Under the pieces are notes generated by a model that saw only the letters and a list, made by a program, of their open reading frames with translations, did no database searches and was not told the DNA's origin. A stretch of 64,000 nt of DNA from an uncultured Anaerolineaceae bacterium. GTDB lineage: Bacteria > Chloroflexota > Anaerolineae > Anaerolineales > Anaerolineaceae. Both the position numbers and the translations under genes were made by a program. Positions 1-9,462 of the stretch are shown here, piece by piece; within the stretch, counting starts at the first letter, position 1, and every line of letters begins with the position of its first letter. The stretch spans positions 4,220-68,219 of the forward strand of contig CAYSZB010000003.1 of the NCBI GenBank assembly GCA_964435475.1, given 5' to 3'.

Positions 1-769
1 CAGTGATGGCTTTGCCGCCCACAAATACGCGCTGGTTACCCAGGCGCACCCGAATTTCACCTGTCCTGGGAGAAGCCTGAAATGCCAGGAATTGCGTTTT
101 TCCCAGTGTCTTTGCCCAATATGGTCCCAGCACACAATGCGCCATGCCAGTTACGGGGTCTTCATTGATGCCTTGTTTTGGTGAAAAGAAACGGGAGACA
201 AAATCATACTTGCCAGGGTTGGCTCTGGCGGTCACACAAATATCTATGTAAGGAAGTTGATCCAGCAACTTGAAATTCGGGTTTAAAGATCGAATGACCT
301 CTTCATTTTCAAATTCTGCAAGAACAAAACTCTCATTGTAGACAGACGTCTTCACAGGTGTAGCGCCCAAGGCCTCATTCAGGGTTTGTGAAGGAGCCAC
401 CTCACCCGGATCATGGAGGGGCATGTCCAACTCAACAAATCCGTCATGATACCTGGCGACCAGGGTGCCACTTTTTGTGTAGAACTCTATCTTTTCATCT
501 TCTTCGTAGAAACCAAATTCATAGAGGATATGGGCACTGGCAAGGGTGGCATGGCCACAAAGATCAATTTCCGTGGTCGGGGTGAACCAGCGCAAATTAA
601 AACCGTCTTTATGAGAAACAAGAAAAGCAGTCTCTGAAAGGTTCATTTCAGCAGCCACGGCCAGCATCCATTTTTCGTCCTTTTCATGCTCGAGGAGGCA
701 GACTGCAGCAGGGTTCCCGGTGAAGGGTTTTATGGTGAAGGCATCCACCTGATATATTGGTATGTTCAT
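1..769 (-). CDS. PhzF-family isomerase-like protein (3' end of gene outside window)
   Basis: The minus-strand frame is open from the window edge to ATG at 767-769. It is absent from the ORF track because there is no stop in the window. My translation begins MNIPIYQVDAFTIKPFTGNPAAVCLL, the typical PhzF/YddE N-terminus. AAGGAG lies 7 nt upstream. Confidence 0.75.
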   Translation of the reverse strand, partial: MNIPIYQVDAFTIKPFTGNPAAVCLLEHEKDEKWMLAVAAEMNLSETAFLVSHKDGFNLRWFTPTTEIDLCGHATLASAHILYEFGFYEEDEKIEFYTKSGTLVARYHDGFVELDMPLHDPGEVAPSQTLNEALGATPVKTSVYNESFVLAEFENEEVIRSLNPNFKLLDQLPYIDICVTARANPGKYDFVSRFFSPKQGINEDPVTGMAHCVLGPYWAKTLGKTQFLAFQASPRTGEIRVRLGNQRVFVGGKAIT

Positions 770-843
770 GCCAATGCTCCTTTTATGGTCTGACCTTGCT
801 TAACCTCAACAATTATACCCAAAAGCTGTGGCAATTGGGCGAA

Positions 844-2454
844 TTAAACCAGTTGTAAAATCAACCCGCTGGTGCCATCCATGTCTATCTGCCAACCTTT
901 GGGGGTTTCTTTTAGCGTGGAAGAAAGCGACAAAATAAGCTGAGGAGGTTTGTTGACAAGCGCCTGGTCCAAGGCGTAAGTGAGAGGTTCAGCTTTGGGG
1001 TTAATGGCAATGATAAACTTATGTCCATCCAATTCCCGGCTGTAAATGAAGGGCAGTTCCCCGGGATCCGCCTTGATGACCTTAAACTCTCCATCCGATG
1101 CGAGGGAGGGGTAGGCAAGGCGGGTGCGGGTCATGTTCCGGAAAAAGTTAAGCAGGGATGCAGGATCTTCATCCTGTAAGAGGACATTAACCTCCTGGAT
1201 CTCCCGCCCGATGGGCAGGTAGAGATCAGCCTCTTGCGAACATGAAAACCCACCATTCAACCCGGTAGACCATTGCATGGGTGTGCGAACACCAGTGCGG
1301 ACGTATCCGCCTTCCTTTGAGGGCAATCCAGGCTGGAATCTCATGCCAATCTCATCGCCGTAATAGATGATCGGGGTACCGGGCATGGTGAGGAGAAACA
1401 TGTAGACCAGCTTCATCATCTGGGCAGAGCGTCCATCGGCCAGGCGAGGGTGGTCATCATGGTTGCCCGTGATCAGGGCGATGTATCCCTCTTCCCGGGT
1501 GGCATTGTAAAACCGCAAATACTCACCCACAAATTCGCAGATGTTACCATGACCAGTTGGATCAAAAAAACTCCAGGCTTGCGGATCGCGATGATTACCG
1601 ATCCCCCTTTTGCGAAAGAGGGAGATGGCGCCCGGGTTTGAGAAACCCAAGAGCATGTCGATATGAAAACCTGCCGGGATCGCTTCAGAGGGTGTGCCCC
1701 ACTCAGCGACGAGAGCGGCTTGCGGATAATCCTTATCCAACCAGTGACGGATTTCCTGCCAGATCCGCGCAGTTCCAACCTTTCCCGGATCGCGTTTGAC
1801 AAGGGAGGCTGCCATATCGACCCTAAAGCCACTGGCACCTTTGTCCAACCAGAAGCGCATGATATTCTTCAATTCCTGGCGGACAGCTTGTGGACCAGGT
1901 GCATCCACACCCTGTTGCCAGGGCTGGGCGGGGTCAGGCCTGGCAAAACCGTAGTTCAGTGCCGGCTGGCAGTAGAAAAAATTCGTAACATACCCGGCAT
2001 CCCGTTCGGCAAATCCCTTGATGATGGTCAAACCTGGTTCTGAATCCTTCCATACACTGTCATTCCAGATATACCAATCAGAATATTTATTCCTTTGATG
2101 TTTTTGTGACTTCTGAAACCAGGGATGCAGAATGGATGTATGCCCCGGCACCAGGTCCAATAAGACACGAATTCCATGGGATTTGGCAAGCCTGAACAAT
2201 TCCTGAAGGTCTTCGTTGGATCCATAACGGGGAGCAACTTTGTAATAATCAGAGACATCATACCCGGCATCCTGGAAAGGGGAGTCAAAGCAGGGATTTA
2301 ACCAGATGGCAGTGACCCCCAGGCTGGAGATGTAATCCATTTTTTGGATGACCCCACGGAGATCGCCGATACCATCGCCATTGGAATCATAAAAGGTTTG
2401 TGGGTAAATTTCATAAAAAATAGCGCTGCCGAGCCATGCAGGTGTGTTCTTCAT
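844..2454 (-). CDS. GH13 alpha-amylase-family glycoside hydrolase (alpha-glucosidase/oligo-1,6-glucosidase-like)
   Basis: 536 aa. The N-terminus is FYEIYPQTFYDSNGDGIGDLRG. GH13 regions are present: DLVPGHTS, GFRVDMA, AEWG, GNHDDHPR. Confidence 0.85.
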   Translation of the reverse strand: MKNTPAWLGSAIFYEIYPQTFYDSNGDGIGDLRGVIQKMDYISSLGVTAIWLNPCFDSPFQDAGYDVSDYYKVAPRYGSNEDLQELFRLAKSHGIRVLLDLVPGHTSILHPWFQKSQKHQRNKYSDWYIWNDSVWKDSEPGLTIIKGFAERDAGYVTNFFYCQPALNYGFARPDPAQPWQQGVDAPGPQAVRQELKNIMRFWLDKGASGFRVDMAASLVKRDPGKVGTARIWQEIRHWLDKDYPQAALVAEWGTPSEAIPAGFHIDMLLGFSNPGAISLFRKRGIGNHRDPQAWSFFDPTGHGNICEFVGEYLRFYNATREEGYIALITGNHDDHPRLADGRSAQMMKLVYMFLLTMPGTPIIYYGDEIGMRFQPGLPSKEGGYVRTGVRTPMQWSTGLNGGFSCSQEADLYLPIGREIQEVNVLLQDEDPASLLNFFRNMTRTRLAYPSLASDGEFKVIKADPGELPFIYSRELDGHKFIIAINPKAEPLTYALDQALVNKPPQLILSLSSTLKETPKGWQIDMDGTSGLILQLV

Positions 2455-2572
2455 AGTATATTTAACCTTCTTATCAAAATCATTCCACTATCATCCTGAA
2501 GAGATGTACTTCAACCAAGATTATATCAAGAGGAGGTATTATGCATTATCTTAATTGAACGCAGAGGGTGGG

Positions 2573-2578
2573 TATAAT
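2573..2578 (+). promoter_or_regulatory. -10-like TATAAT 6 nt upstream of the ATG at 2585 (possible leaderless transcript)
   Basis: The sequence reads GGTATAATTCaattATG. There is no SD between the hexamer and the ATG. The same 10-mer recurs at 27290-27299. Confidence 0.3.
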
Positions 2579-2584
2579 TCAATT

Positions 2585-3778
2585 ATGAAAAAGTTGGGTC
2601 CGGTCGGAAGTCTGGTTATCACTACAGTCATGTTGTTAACAATCCTTGCACCGATGAATGATGTCAGTGCCAGGGATCAAGACTTCACGGCAAGGGATAG
2701 CGATATCCCTGAGATATTTGACAGCCCTTTATGCCTGCCAGACCTGTATATGGAAGAGCCCCTGGATTGCCTGGCATTAGGCGCCTCACAATCCATCAAG
2801 GAACTGGCAGATGATGGCATTGCATATCCCATCCGTGAACTGCCGGCAGCATCACCTGACAGGTCCCTGATCCTGATGCCAGCCTTGATCGCCCGCATCA
2901 ACCTGGAGGCAACTATGCCGGCACCCTTTTATGCTTCATTTGATGATGCCATTGCGCAAAACAATCCCTCACGGTACCTGGACCCTGGCGGATTACGATA
3001 TATCAGTTACATCGAGCGGATCGATCACAACGGTAAACCTTACCTGCGGACGATCTCAGGTGACTGGGTCAGGGCAGCCCCCATAGCATACTCGGATTTC
3101 CAGGGACTGGTTTTTCAAGGCAATCCCGGCAATGATTTTGGCTGGTTGGTTGACCAGACCACCGGATATTCAGCACCAAGTTTCTCTGCCAGCTCAACGG
3201 GAAACACATTTTACTTGGAAGAGGTCATCCAGATCTACAAGACTGTGGAAGCAGAAGGTGTCTCATGGTACCTGGTCAGCCCGGGTGAGTGGGTCAATTC
3301 GGTTAAAGCACGCAGAGCTTATTTTGATCCCACTTTACCCCAGGAGAAGGAATTAGACCGCTGGATCTCCATCGATCTCGAGGAACAGATCCTTTATGTT
3401 TATGAGCGGGGGGATCTCAAGTTTGCCACCCTGATATCGAGCGGGATGGAGCCATTTTACACAAAACCCGGCTTGTTCCAGATCTACAGCAAACTGAGCC
3501 TCGAAACCATGCAAGGCGCTTTTGAGGCAGACCGTTCTGATTTCTATTATCTTGAAGACGTGCCCTGGACGATGTATTACGATGAAGCAAGGGCATTGCA
3601 CGGCTCGTACTGGCGCACCATGTTTGGCTATCCCCAATCGCATGGTTGTGTCAACCTTTCCCCAAGCGATGCGCGATGGCTTTTCAATTGGGCAAATGAA
3701 GGTGATTGGGTCTATGTGTACGACCCATCGGGGTTAACGCCAACCGACCCAGACCAGTATGGTCCAGGTGCACCCTAG
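2585..3778 (+). CDS. L,D-transpeptidase (YkuD fold), secreted
   Basis: The catalytic motif HGCVNLS lies near the C-terminus, with SSGMEPFYTKPGLFQIY upstream. I prefer the ATG at 2585 (MKKLGPVGSLVITTVMLLTILAP, a signal peptide) over the TTG at 2555 used by the ORF track. Confidence 0.8.
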   Translation: MKKLGPVGSLVITTVMLLTILAPMNDVSARDQDFTARDSDIPEIFDSPLCLPDLYMEEPLDCLALGASQSIKELADDGIAYPIRELPAASPDRSLILMPALIARINLEATMPAPFYASFDDAIAQNNPSRYLDPGGLRYISYIERIDHNGKPYLRTISGDWVRAAPIAYSDFQGLVFQGNPGNDFGWLVDQTTGYSAPSFSASSTGNTFYLEEVIQIYKTVEAEGVSWYLVSPGEWVNSVKARRAYFDPTLPQEKELDRWISIDLEEQILYVYERGDLKFATLISSGMEPFYTKPGLFQIYSKLSLETMQGAFEADRSDFYYLEDVPWTMYYDEARALHGSYWRTMFGYPQSHGCVNLSPSDARWLFNWANEGDWVYVYDPSGLTPTDPDQYGPGAP

Positions 3779-3821
3779 AGGTTCCATTTACGATGTTTCA
3801 AGTTCAGCCAGGAGAAACAGG

Positions 3822-4190
3822 CTACAGTTTAGGCATATCGCGGCTGGCAATGATGTCAATGCCGGTATTGAGGGCATTTTCTATGATCACCTGGTTGATC
3901 TTGACCGGGGCGGAAACCTCAACCTGGCGTAAAATTTTTGCCAGTTCAGGGATCAGTGGTTTGGGGAAGGCTTTAGCCGTGTAGACCGGCAGAAGAGGAT
4001 GCAAACCGGACCTTACCTTAACCGAAGAGGCGACCATGCGCCTGGGATCCTGCAACTCACAGATGGCATATTCTTTTCCCCTCCTGCACCCGCTTCCCAG
4101 GACATCAATGACCTGGTTGCCTTCGTGCAATACTTTTAAGGTGCAGCCTTTGGGGCATGTTACGCAGATAAGTTCACTTTCCTGGGGCAT
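3822..4190 (-). CDS. DUF1667-type small Cys-rich protein (third gene of the G3P-dehydrogenase-like module)
   Basis: 122 aa with CVTCPKGC...GSGCRRG. It sits directly downstream of two FAD oxidoreductases, which is the usual DUF1667 context. Confidence 0.65.
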   Translation of the reverse strand: MPQESELICVTCPKGCTLKVLHEGNQVIDVLGSGCRRGKEYAICELQDPRRMVASSVKVRSGLHPLLPVYTAKAFPKPLIPELAKILRQVEVSAPVKINQVIIENALNTGIDIIASRDMPKL

Positions 4191-4199
4191 ATTTTCCTC

Positions 4200-5495
4200 T
4201 CACCCTGTGGTTTGTTTCTGCGCAACAGTAACGCAGTTAATGGTGATTTTTTGGGCTTTTTTTGCCATTTCATAGGCATCCGGTTTGATCTCAAGGGTGA
4301 TGATCTCACCAGGGCGGGCATAGGGCTCTGCCTTTTTTGCCAGTATGTTTCCTTGCTCGTCCTCAACCATTATCCGGACATGCTCTTCGACTGGTTGTGT
4401 CACGCGCAGCTGCAGCCGCGTAGATTCGGACCGGAGGCTATCGATGTCGATCATGTGGGGAACCACATAACGGATATTTTCTCCGGCCTTGAGAGCAATT
4501 TGCTTTGTCCCGGCAACTTCTCCCTGTAAAGCGTAGACCGCTGCGCCTTTGCCAGCAGTAAACCCGGCTTCTGTGACCCAATCCACCAGGTCATAGACAT
4601 GGACAACATTGCCTGCGGCGAAGATACCCGGCCTGCTGGTCATGAAGTGGTTATCGACAATCGGTCCGCCAGTCAGGGGGTCGAGACTGACGCCGACATT
4701 CTTGGATAATTCATTTTCAGGGATCAGTCCGACCGAAAGCAAGACTGTATCACAGGGGATGATCTCCTCACTGCCCGGGATGGGATTCCATTTCTCGTCG
4801 ACCGCCACACTTTCGACAGCTTCAACACGTTTATCACCGATAATGCGGTTGATGGTATGGCTTTTCTGCAGGGTTATGTTGTAGTCCATCAGGCACTGGA
4901 CAAAATTGCGGGTCAACCCGGTCAGGTAAGGCATGATCTCGAGCACACGCTCCACTTTGGCGCCTTCAATTGTCAAACGCCGCGCCATGATCATGCCGAT
5001 ATCACCTGAGCCAAGGATAACAAAGCGGTTGCCAGGCATAAACCCTTCAATATTGACCCATCTTTGGGCTGTACCGGCAGAATAGACACCCGCCGGCCTG
5101 GTTCCTGGCAGCAGGATCTGGGCACGAGTCCGTTCGCGGCAGCCCATCGCCAGGACGATCGCCCTGGCTTGAACCTCCTGGATCCCATCGCGCTTATTCA
5201 TTGTAACAACTGAAAGATTGGGACGAACATCCAGGACCATGGTGTCCAGCAGCACTTCAACGCCCAGGCTATGTGCCTCTTCAATGAAATGCTGGGCATA
5301 GCTGGGACCAGGCATGTCCTTGCCAAATATCTCAAGTCCAAAACCATTGTGGATGCACTGTAAAAGAATGCCGCCCAATTCCATGTCCCGTTCAATGATC
5401 AAAACATCAGCTGCGCCATTCTTTTTGGCAGAGATCGCCGCTGCCAAACCACCTGGACCAGAACCTACAACAACCACATCGTATAGATTTTTCAT
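4200..5495 (-). CDS. NAD(P)/FAD-dependent pyridine-nucleotide-disulfide-type oxidoreductase
   Basis: 431 aa. Two dinucleotide-binding motifs are present: VVVVGSGPGGLAAA and FVILGSGDIGM. It overlaps the upstream gene by 4 nt. Confidence 0.8.
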   Translation of the reverse strand: MKNLYDVVVVGSGPGGLAAAISAKKNGAADVLIIERDMELGGILLQCIHNGFGLEIFGKDMPGPSYAQHFIEEAHSLGVEVLLDTMVLDVRPNLSVVTMNKRDGIQEVQARAIVLAMGCRERTRAQILLPGTRPAGVYSAGTAQRWVNIEGFMPGNRFVILGSGDIGMIMARRLTIEGAKVERVLEIMPYLTGLTRNFVQCLMDYNITLQKSHTINRIIGDKRVEAVESVAVDEKWNPIPGSEEIIPCDTVLLSVGLIPENELSKNVGVSLDPLTGGPIVDNHFMTSRPGIFAAGNVVHVYDLVDWVTEAGFTAGKGAAVYALQGEVAGTKQIALKAGENIRYVVPHMIDIDSLRSESTRLQLRVTQPVEEHVRIMVEDEQGNILAKKAEPYARPGEIITLEIKPDAYEMAKKAQKITINCVTVAQKQTTG

Positions 5496-6991
5496 TTTTC
5501 CACCTCTGCCAGATCCTTGGTCCTGCGGAAAAGATAAGGAGAACCTGTGCCCTTTTTGGTTACCTCTTCAGGTGGAATGCCCAGTTCATCAGAGAGCATC
5601 CTGACAACGCGCGGCATATCAAATCCGCCCTGGCAACGACCGGTGCCTGTCCAGGTACGCCGTTTAATGGCATCGTAAGTTCTTGCGGGTATGGGTGCAT
5701 GGATTTCGGCAAGGATCTCACCTTCGGTGACCGTTTCACAGCGGCAAATGATGCGTCCATAACTTGAGTCCTGTCTGACCAATTCCGCCCTCTGTTCGAG
5801 GGTAAGGTGCCTGAAGACCGGTCTAGCTTTGCGTACCGGGTTCCAATAATGTTTTTTGATCAGTGGTTCACCTGCCTGTTTCAAAAGGTCAATGACCATC
5901 AAGGCGATGGCAGGTGAAGCACTCAAGCCCGGGGATTCGATGCCCGCGACATTGACGAAACCCTGTACTTCCGTGGGAATCTCGATCACGAAGTCGCCAG
6001 TGTAGTCCACCTGGGGGTCCAGGCACCGGGCGTTACCATTGGCGCGAAGACCGGAAAAAACGGCAATGATGTTGCGGCGATTGATGCTGGGGATCAATTT
6101 CTGGGCACCCTGCCAGATCTCCGTAAAACCATCTTTGGTAAAGGTTTTATCATCCCTGGAGTCAACATAATTGCTATTAGGGCCAACGATGGTGTTGCCG
6201 TGCATGGTTGATGTGACCACAATACCTTTACCCTTATCAGAGGGAGTGGGAAAGAAACATGTATTTTTGGTCAAGCGATAATCGGCTTTATCCAGGATGA
6301 CATACTCTCCCCGGCGAGGACGAATCTTGAAATCCGGTCGGACATGGGCTTTATGCATCACTTCATCAGAGAATAATCCTGCTGCATTGATCACCCAACG
6401 GGAATAAAAATCACCCTTTGAAGTCTTGATGCCAACAATGCGCGTACCCTGCCAGATGAAATCTTCAAAGGAGGTCTCAAGTTGGACCTCTACACCATTC
6501 ATCACTGCATTTTCAGCTGCGGCGACGGTAACTGCAAATGTATCAATCAAGCCGCCAGTCGGTGCCCACAGGGCTCCCACGGTGTCTGGCGATAACAAGG
6601 GTTCACGCTGGCGCATATCCGCACCACTGATCAATCCAACACCGAGAATGCCGTTTTGACGTCCACGATCTAGCAAGACCTCCAGCATAGGCATCTGGTC
6701 GGCAGCGGTAGCCACCACATAATCACCCGTGCGCTCAAAAGCAAAACCCAACTCCTGGCTTAATTGATCCCACATAGGGCTGGCCAAGGCATTGGTTTTC
6801 GCTTTGAGTGTGCCGGGGATCGGGTCGTAGCCGGCATGCATGATGGCTGAGTTGGCTGAACTGGTGCCTGCGCCAATATCAGCCTCTTTTTCGATCAATA
6901 AGACCTGGATGTTGTATTGTGAAAGAAAACGTGCCATCATACTGCCTACCACGCCACCCCCAATGATGATGACATCATATTGTTTTGCCAT
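5492..6991 (-). CDS. FAD-dependent glycerol-3-phosphate dehydrogenase/oxidase-like protein with BFD-like [2Fe-2S] domain
   Basis: DVIIIGGGVVGS lies at the N-terminus and CRCETVTEGEI...GRCQGGFD in the C-terminal part. I prefer the ATG at 6991 (MAKQYD), which has GGAGG 5 nt upstream, over the TTG at 7003. Confidence 0.8.
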   Translation of the reverse strand: MAKQYDVIIIGGGVVGSMMARFLSQYNIQVLLIEKEADIGAGTSSANSAIMHAGYDPIPGTLKAKTNALASPMWDQLSQELGFAFERTGDYVVATAADQMPMLEVLLDRGRQNGILGVGLISGADMRQREPLLSPDTVGALWAPTGGLIDTFAVTVAAAENAVMNGVEVQLETSFEDFIWQGTRIVGIKTSKGDFYSRWVINAAGLFSDEVMHKAHVRPDFKIRPRRGEYVILDKADYRLTKNTCFFPTPSDKGKGIVVTSTMHGNTIVGPNSNYVDSRDDKTFTKDGFTEIWQGAQKLIPSINRRNIIAVFSGLRANGNARCLDPQVDYTGDFVIEIPTEVQGFVNVAGIESPGLSASPAIALMVIDLLKQAGEPLIKKHYWNPVRKARPVFRHLTLEQRAELVRQDSSYGRIICRCETVTEGEILAEIHAPIPARTYDAIKRRTWTGTGRCQGGFDMPRVVRMLSDELGIPPEEVTKKGTGSPYLFRRTKDLAEVEK

Positions 6992-7082
6992 GCATGCCTC
7001 CAAGTAATGTTTCTGGTCGACCCTTATTATACTCGCAGAGTAAGATCATCCTTTTTATGTAGCATATTGAAAAGGAAGGATT

Positions 7083-7856
7083 TTATGGGCTAACCCGGTA
7101 TGTGAAACTCTCAAGGGCGATATTGCCCGGGATTGTTGAGCCAGTCTGGCGGATGACCAGGATCGCATCGCGAATTGCCGGCACTGTGTATGGAATGGTC
7201 TCAGCGAAATAGAAATACTCATTTCCAGGATCACCAGGGACGGAGAACTGTCTTGAATTCAAAAGGCCTCCTGAAGCTGACAATAATTCGATGATGATCG
7301 GGGATGTGGAAGAGGAGCGCGCCCAACCAGTGACATGGAATTTTCCCCCAGTCACAACAGAACTTTCTACTGGAGATAAAACGATGAAGTTGGCCTGGTG
7401 GTCAGGATTGCCACCTGCAATTTTCATGGAAGAGGACAGTTCAATCTCCGTAGACGATACTGCACGGGTGACATCTTCGATATCGATCAAGCCAAGGACC
7501 AACCGCGATCTCGGGTTGGACAGGATGTCGAAGAAAATTGTCCTGCTGATATCTATATATCCATCCGGTTGACATCCTGGAAACGATAATTCGCGGTAAA
7601 GCAACTTTCCCTGCTTATCCAGCAACTCAACTGTCAGCGCATTCCCGGGAGAGCATTTGAGTTGGGCGTTCAGCGATAAAGGTGAAGTCTCAATGGAGCC
7701 ACTTGTGGGGCTTTTAATGAGAATTGCCGCCTGGGGCAAAGGCGTTGGGGGTTGGATCTGGCTAAATGCAGGTAAGAAGAGGAGATTACAAAGCACAAAA
7801 ACGCAGATACTCAAAAACCGGGTCCTTTTTACCGAAGAAAAGAGATGCAATGACAT
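7083..7856 (-). CDS. secreted hypothetical protein with two internal Ig-like (Gmad2-like?) repeats
   Basis: It has a signal peptide (FLSICVFVLCNLLFLPAFSQ). Two similar halves are visible: ILIKSPTSGS...LTVELLDKQGKLL and FIVLSPVESS...IIIELLSASGGLL. Confidence 0.55.
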   Translation of the reverse strand: MSLHLFSSVKRTRFLSICVFVLCNLLFLPAFSQIQPPTPLPQAAILIKSPTSGSIETSPLSLNAQLKCSPGNALTVELLDKQGKLLYRELSFPGCQPDGYIDISRTIFFDILSNPRSRLVLGLIDIEDVTRAVSSTEIELSSSMKIAGGNPDHQANFIVLSPVESSVVTGGKFHVTGWARSSSTSPIIIELLSASGGLLNSRQFSVPGDPGNEYFYFAETIPYTVPAIRDAILVIRQTGSTIPGNIALESFTYRVSP

Positions 7857-7862
7857 GTATCA

Positions 7863-7868
7863 ATTTTA
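7863..7868 (-). promoter_or_regulatory. -10-like TAAAAT 6 nt upstream of the ATG at 7856 (possible leaderless transcript)
   Basis: The minus strand reads TAAAATtgatacATG with no SD. Confidence 0.3.
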
Positions 7869-7885
7869 CTCAATAACTGTAACAA

Positions 7886-7926
7886 TCTAAAAAGAAAACA
7901 GGCAGTTCATTGCGAACTGCCTGTTT
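7886..7926 (-). terminator. rho-independent terminator after the M32 carboxypeptidase gene
   Basis: A 13-bp perfect stem pairs aaacaggcagttc with gaactgcctgttt (7896-7908 and 7914-7926) around a 5-nt loop. On the minus strand it is followed by tcttttt. Confidence 0.65.
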
Positions 7927-7944
7927 ATTATGCTGTGTAACCAG

Positions 7945-9447
7945 CTACAAGCTGTAAATCTCGCGATATTTTTTGTTCAGATATCTCAAGTAAGGCTCTG
8001 CATTGATCCTGGAACCGGTGATTTTGATGATCAGTTCCTGGGGATCGTACCTGGCACCATATTGATGTACATTTTCGCGCAACCATGCCAGGATCGTACT
8101 AAACTTGCCCTGGGCAATCTCATCGGGAATATTGGGGTGAGCCTGCAGCATTTTCTCCCAAAGTTGGGCTGAGAGCAAGTTGCCAAGCGCATAGGTAGAG
8201 AAGTAGCCGATCATCCCTCCAGACCAGTGCACATCCTGAAGAACGCCCAGAGAGTCGTTGGGTGGGGTGACCCCAAGGTATTCCTGCATTTTGCTGTTCC
8301 AGATCTCCGGCAGGTCTTTGGCTTCAATCGATTTTTCCATCAAGCCAATTTCAATTTCAAGCCTCAGCATGATATGGAGGTTGTATGTAGCTTCATCGGC
8401 TTCAACACGGACCAGGGAAGGTTCCACGCGGTTAATGCCTTTGTAAAATGTCTCCAGATCGACATTGCCGAGGTGTTCGCTGAACAGCATCTGGAATGTA
8501 GGATAGAAGAAAGTCCAGAATTCCTTACTTCTGCCAATCAAGTTCTCCCACATCCGTGATTGCGATTCGTGGAAAGCTAGTGAGGATGCTTCCTGCAGGA
8601 AAGTGCGTGAAAATTTCGGATCACATCCCTGGCTATACATGGCATGACCTGATTCATGCATTGTACTGAAAAGTGCAGAAACGCCATCAGCTTCAGGATA
8701 ACGGGTCGTGATGCGTACATCACCCAGACCAAAGCCTATTGTAAAAGGATGAGGGGTTGTGTCAAGGCGACCACGGTTCCAATCATACCCAAAGCGGGTG
8801 ATGACATGCCGACCGAATTTGTCTTGAAGCGATTTATCATAATCCTGCTTTAGGAAAGAATTTTCCACCTGTTTGGCAGATCTAATTGCCTTGATCAATT
8901 CTACCTGTTTGGGGCGAAGATCGTCAAAGATCTGCTTCACATCTGCTGTTTTCATGCCGGGTTCGTACATGTCCAGGAGGGGATCATATACATGATCGTA
9001 TGGTTTAAAATACTCCGCCAGTTCGCGCCTCATCTCAACAATGCGCTGCAATACGGGTTGAAAGCTGGCAAAATCGTTGTTCTGCCTGGCTTTAACCCAG
9101 ACTTCATTTGCCTGGGTGGTAACGATCATGAACTCCATCACTTTTTCTTTGGGAATTTTTACAAATTGATCAAATGTCCACTTGGCTTTGCGTACGAGAC
9201 GGGCGTTTTCATTGTCAGCGTTGAGATCACCGATCTCATTTTCCAGGTCGCTGATCAGTTCGCCCAGTTTTGGTGAGGTTATACGGTCATGGAGCATGCC
9301 ACCGATCAGTGCTGCCTGTTGACTGCGGTCCTCAACCCCACCCGGGGGCATGTTAACCAATTGATCCCAATTCAGCAGGGCGCTAATCCCATTGAGACTT
9401 GCTATGTCAGCAGATAATGCGTTTAATGAATCAATTTTCTCTTTCAT
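7945..9447 (-). CDS. M32 carboxypeptidase (carboxypeptidase Taq family)
   Basis: 500 aa. The motifs HPFT, HESGHAMY, IRVEADEATY and GVLQDVHWSGG are present. Confidence 0.9.
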   Translation of the reverse strand: MKEKIDSLNALSADIASLNGISALLNWDQLVNMPPGGVEDRSQQAALIGGMLHDRITSPKLGELISDLENEIGDLNADNENARLVRKAKWTFDQFVKIPKEKVMEFMIVTTQANEVWVKARQNNDFASFQPVLQRIVEMRRELAEYFKPYDHVYDPLLDMYEPGMKTADVKQIFDDLRPKQVELIKAIRSAKQVENSFLKQDYDKSLQDKFGRHVITRFGYDWNRGRLDTTPHPFTIGFGLGDVRITTRYPEADGVSALFSTMHESGHAMYSQGCDPKFSRTFLQEASSLAFHESQSRMWENLIGRSKEFWTFFYPTFQMLFSEHLGNVDLETFYKGINRVEPSLVRVEADEATYNLHIMLRLEIEIGLMEKSIEAKDLPEIWNSKMQEYLGVTPPNDSLGVLQDVHWSGGMIGYFSTYALGNLLSAQLWEKMLQAHPNIPDEIAQGKFSTILAWLRENVHQYGARYDPQELIIKITGSRINAEPYLRYLNKKYREIYSL

Positions 9448-9462
9448 GGTAATTCCTTATGT

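Noticed and set aside
388-637. Small plus-strand ORFs at the left edge
   Set aside because: They are antisense to the PhzF-family gene, whose reading frame is open across the whole region.
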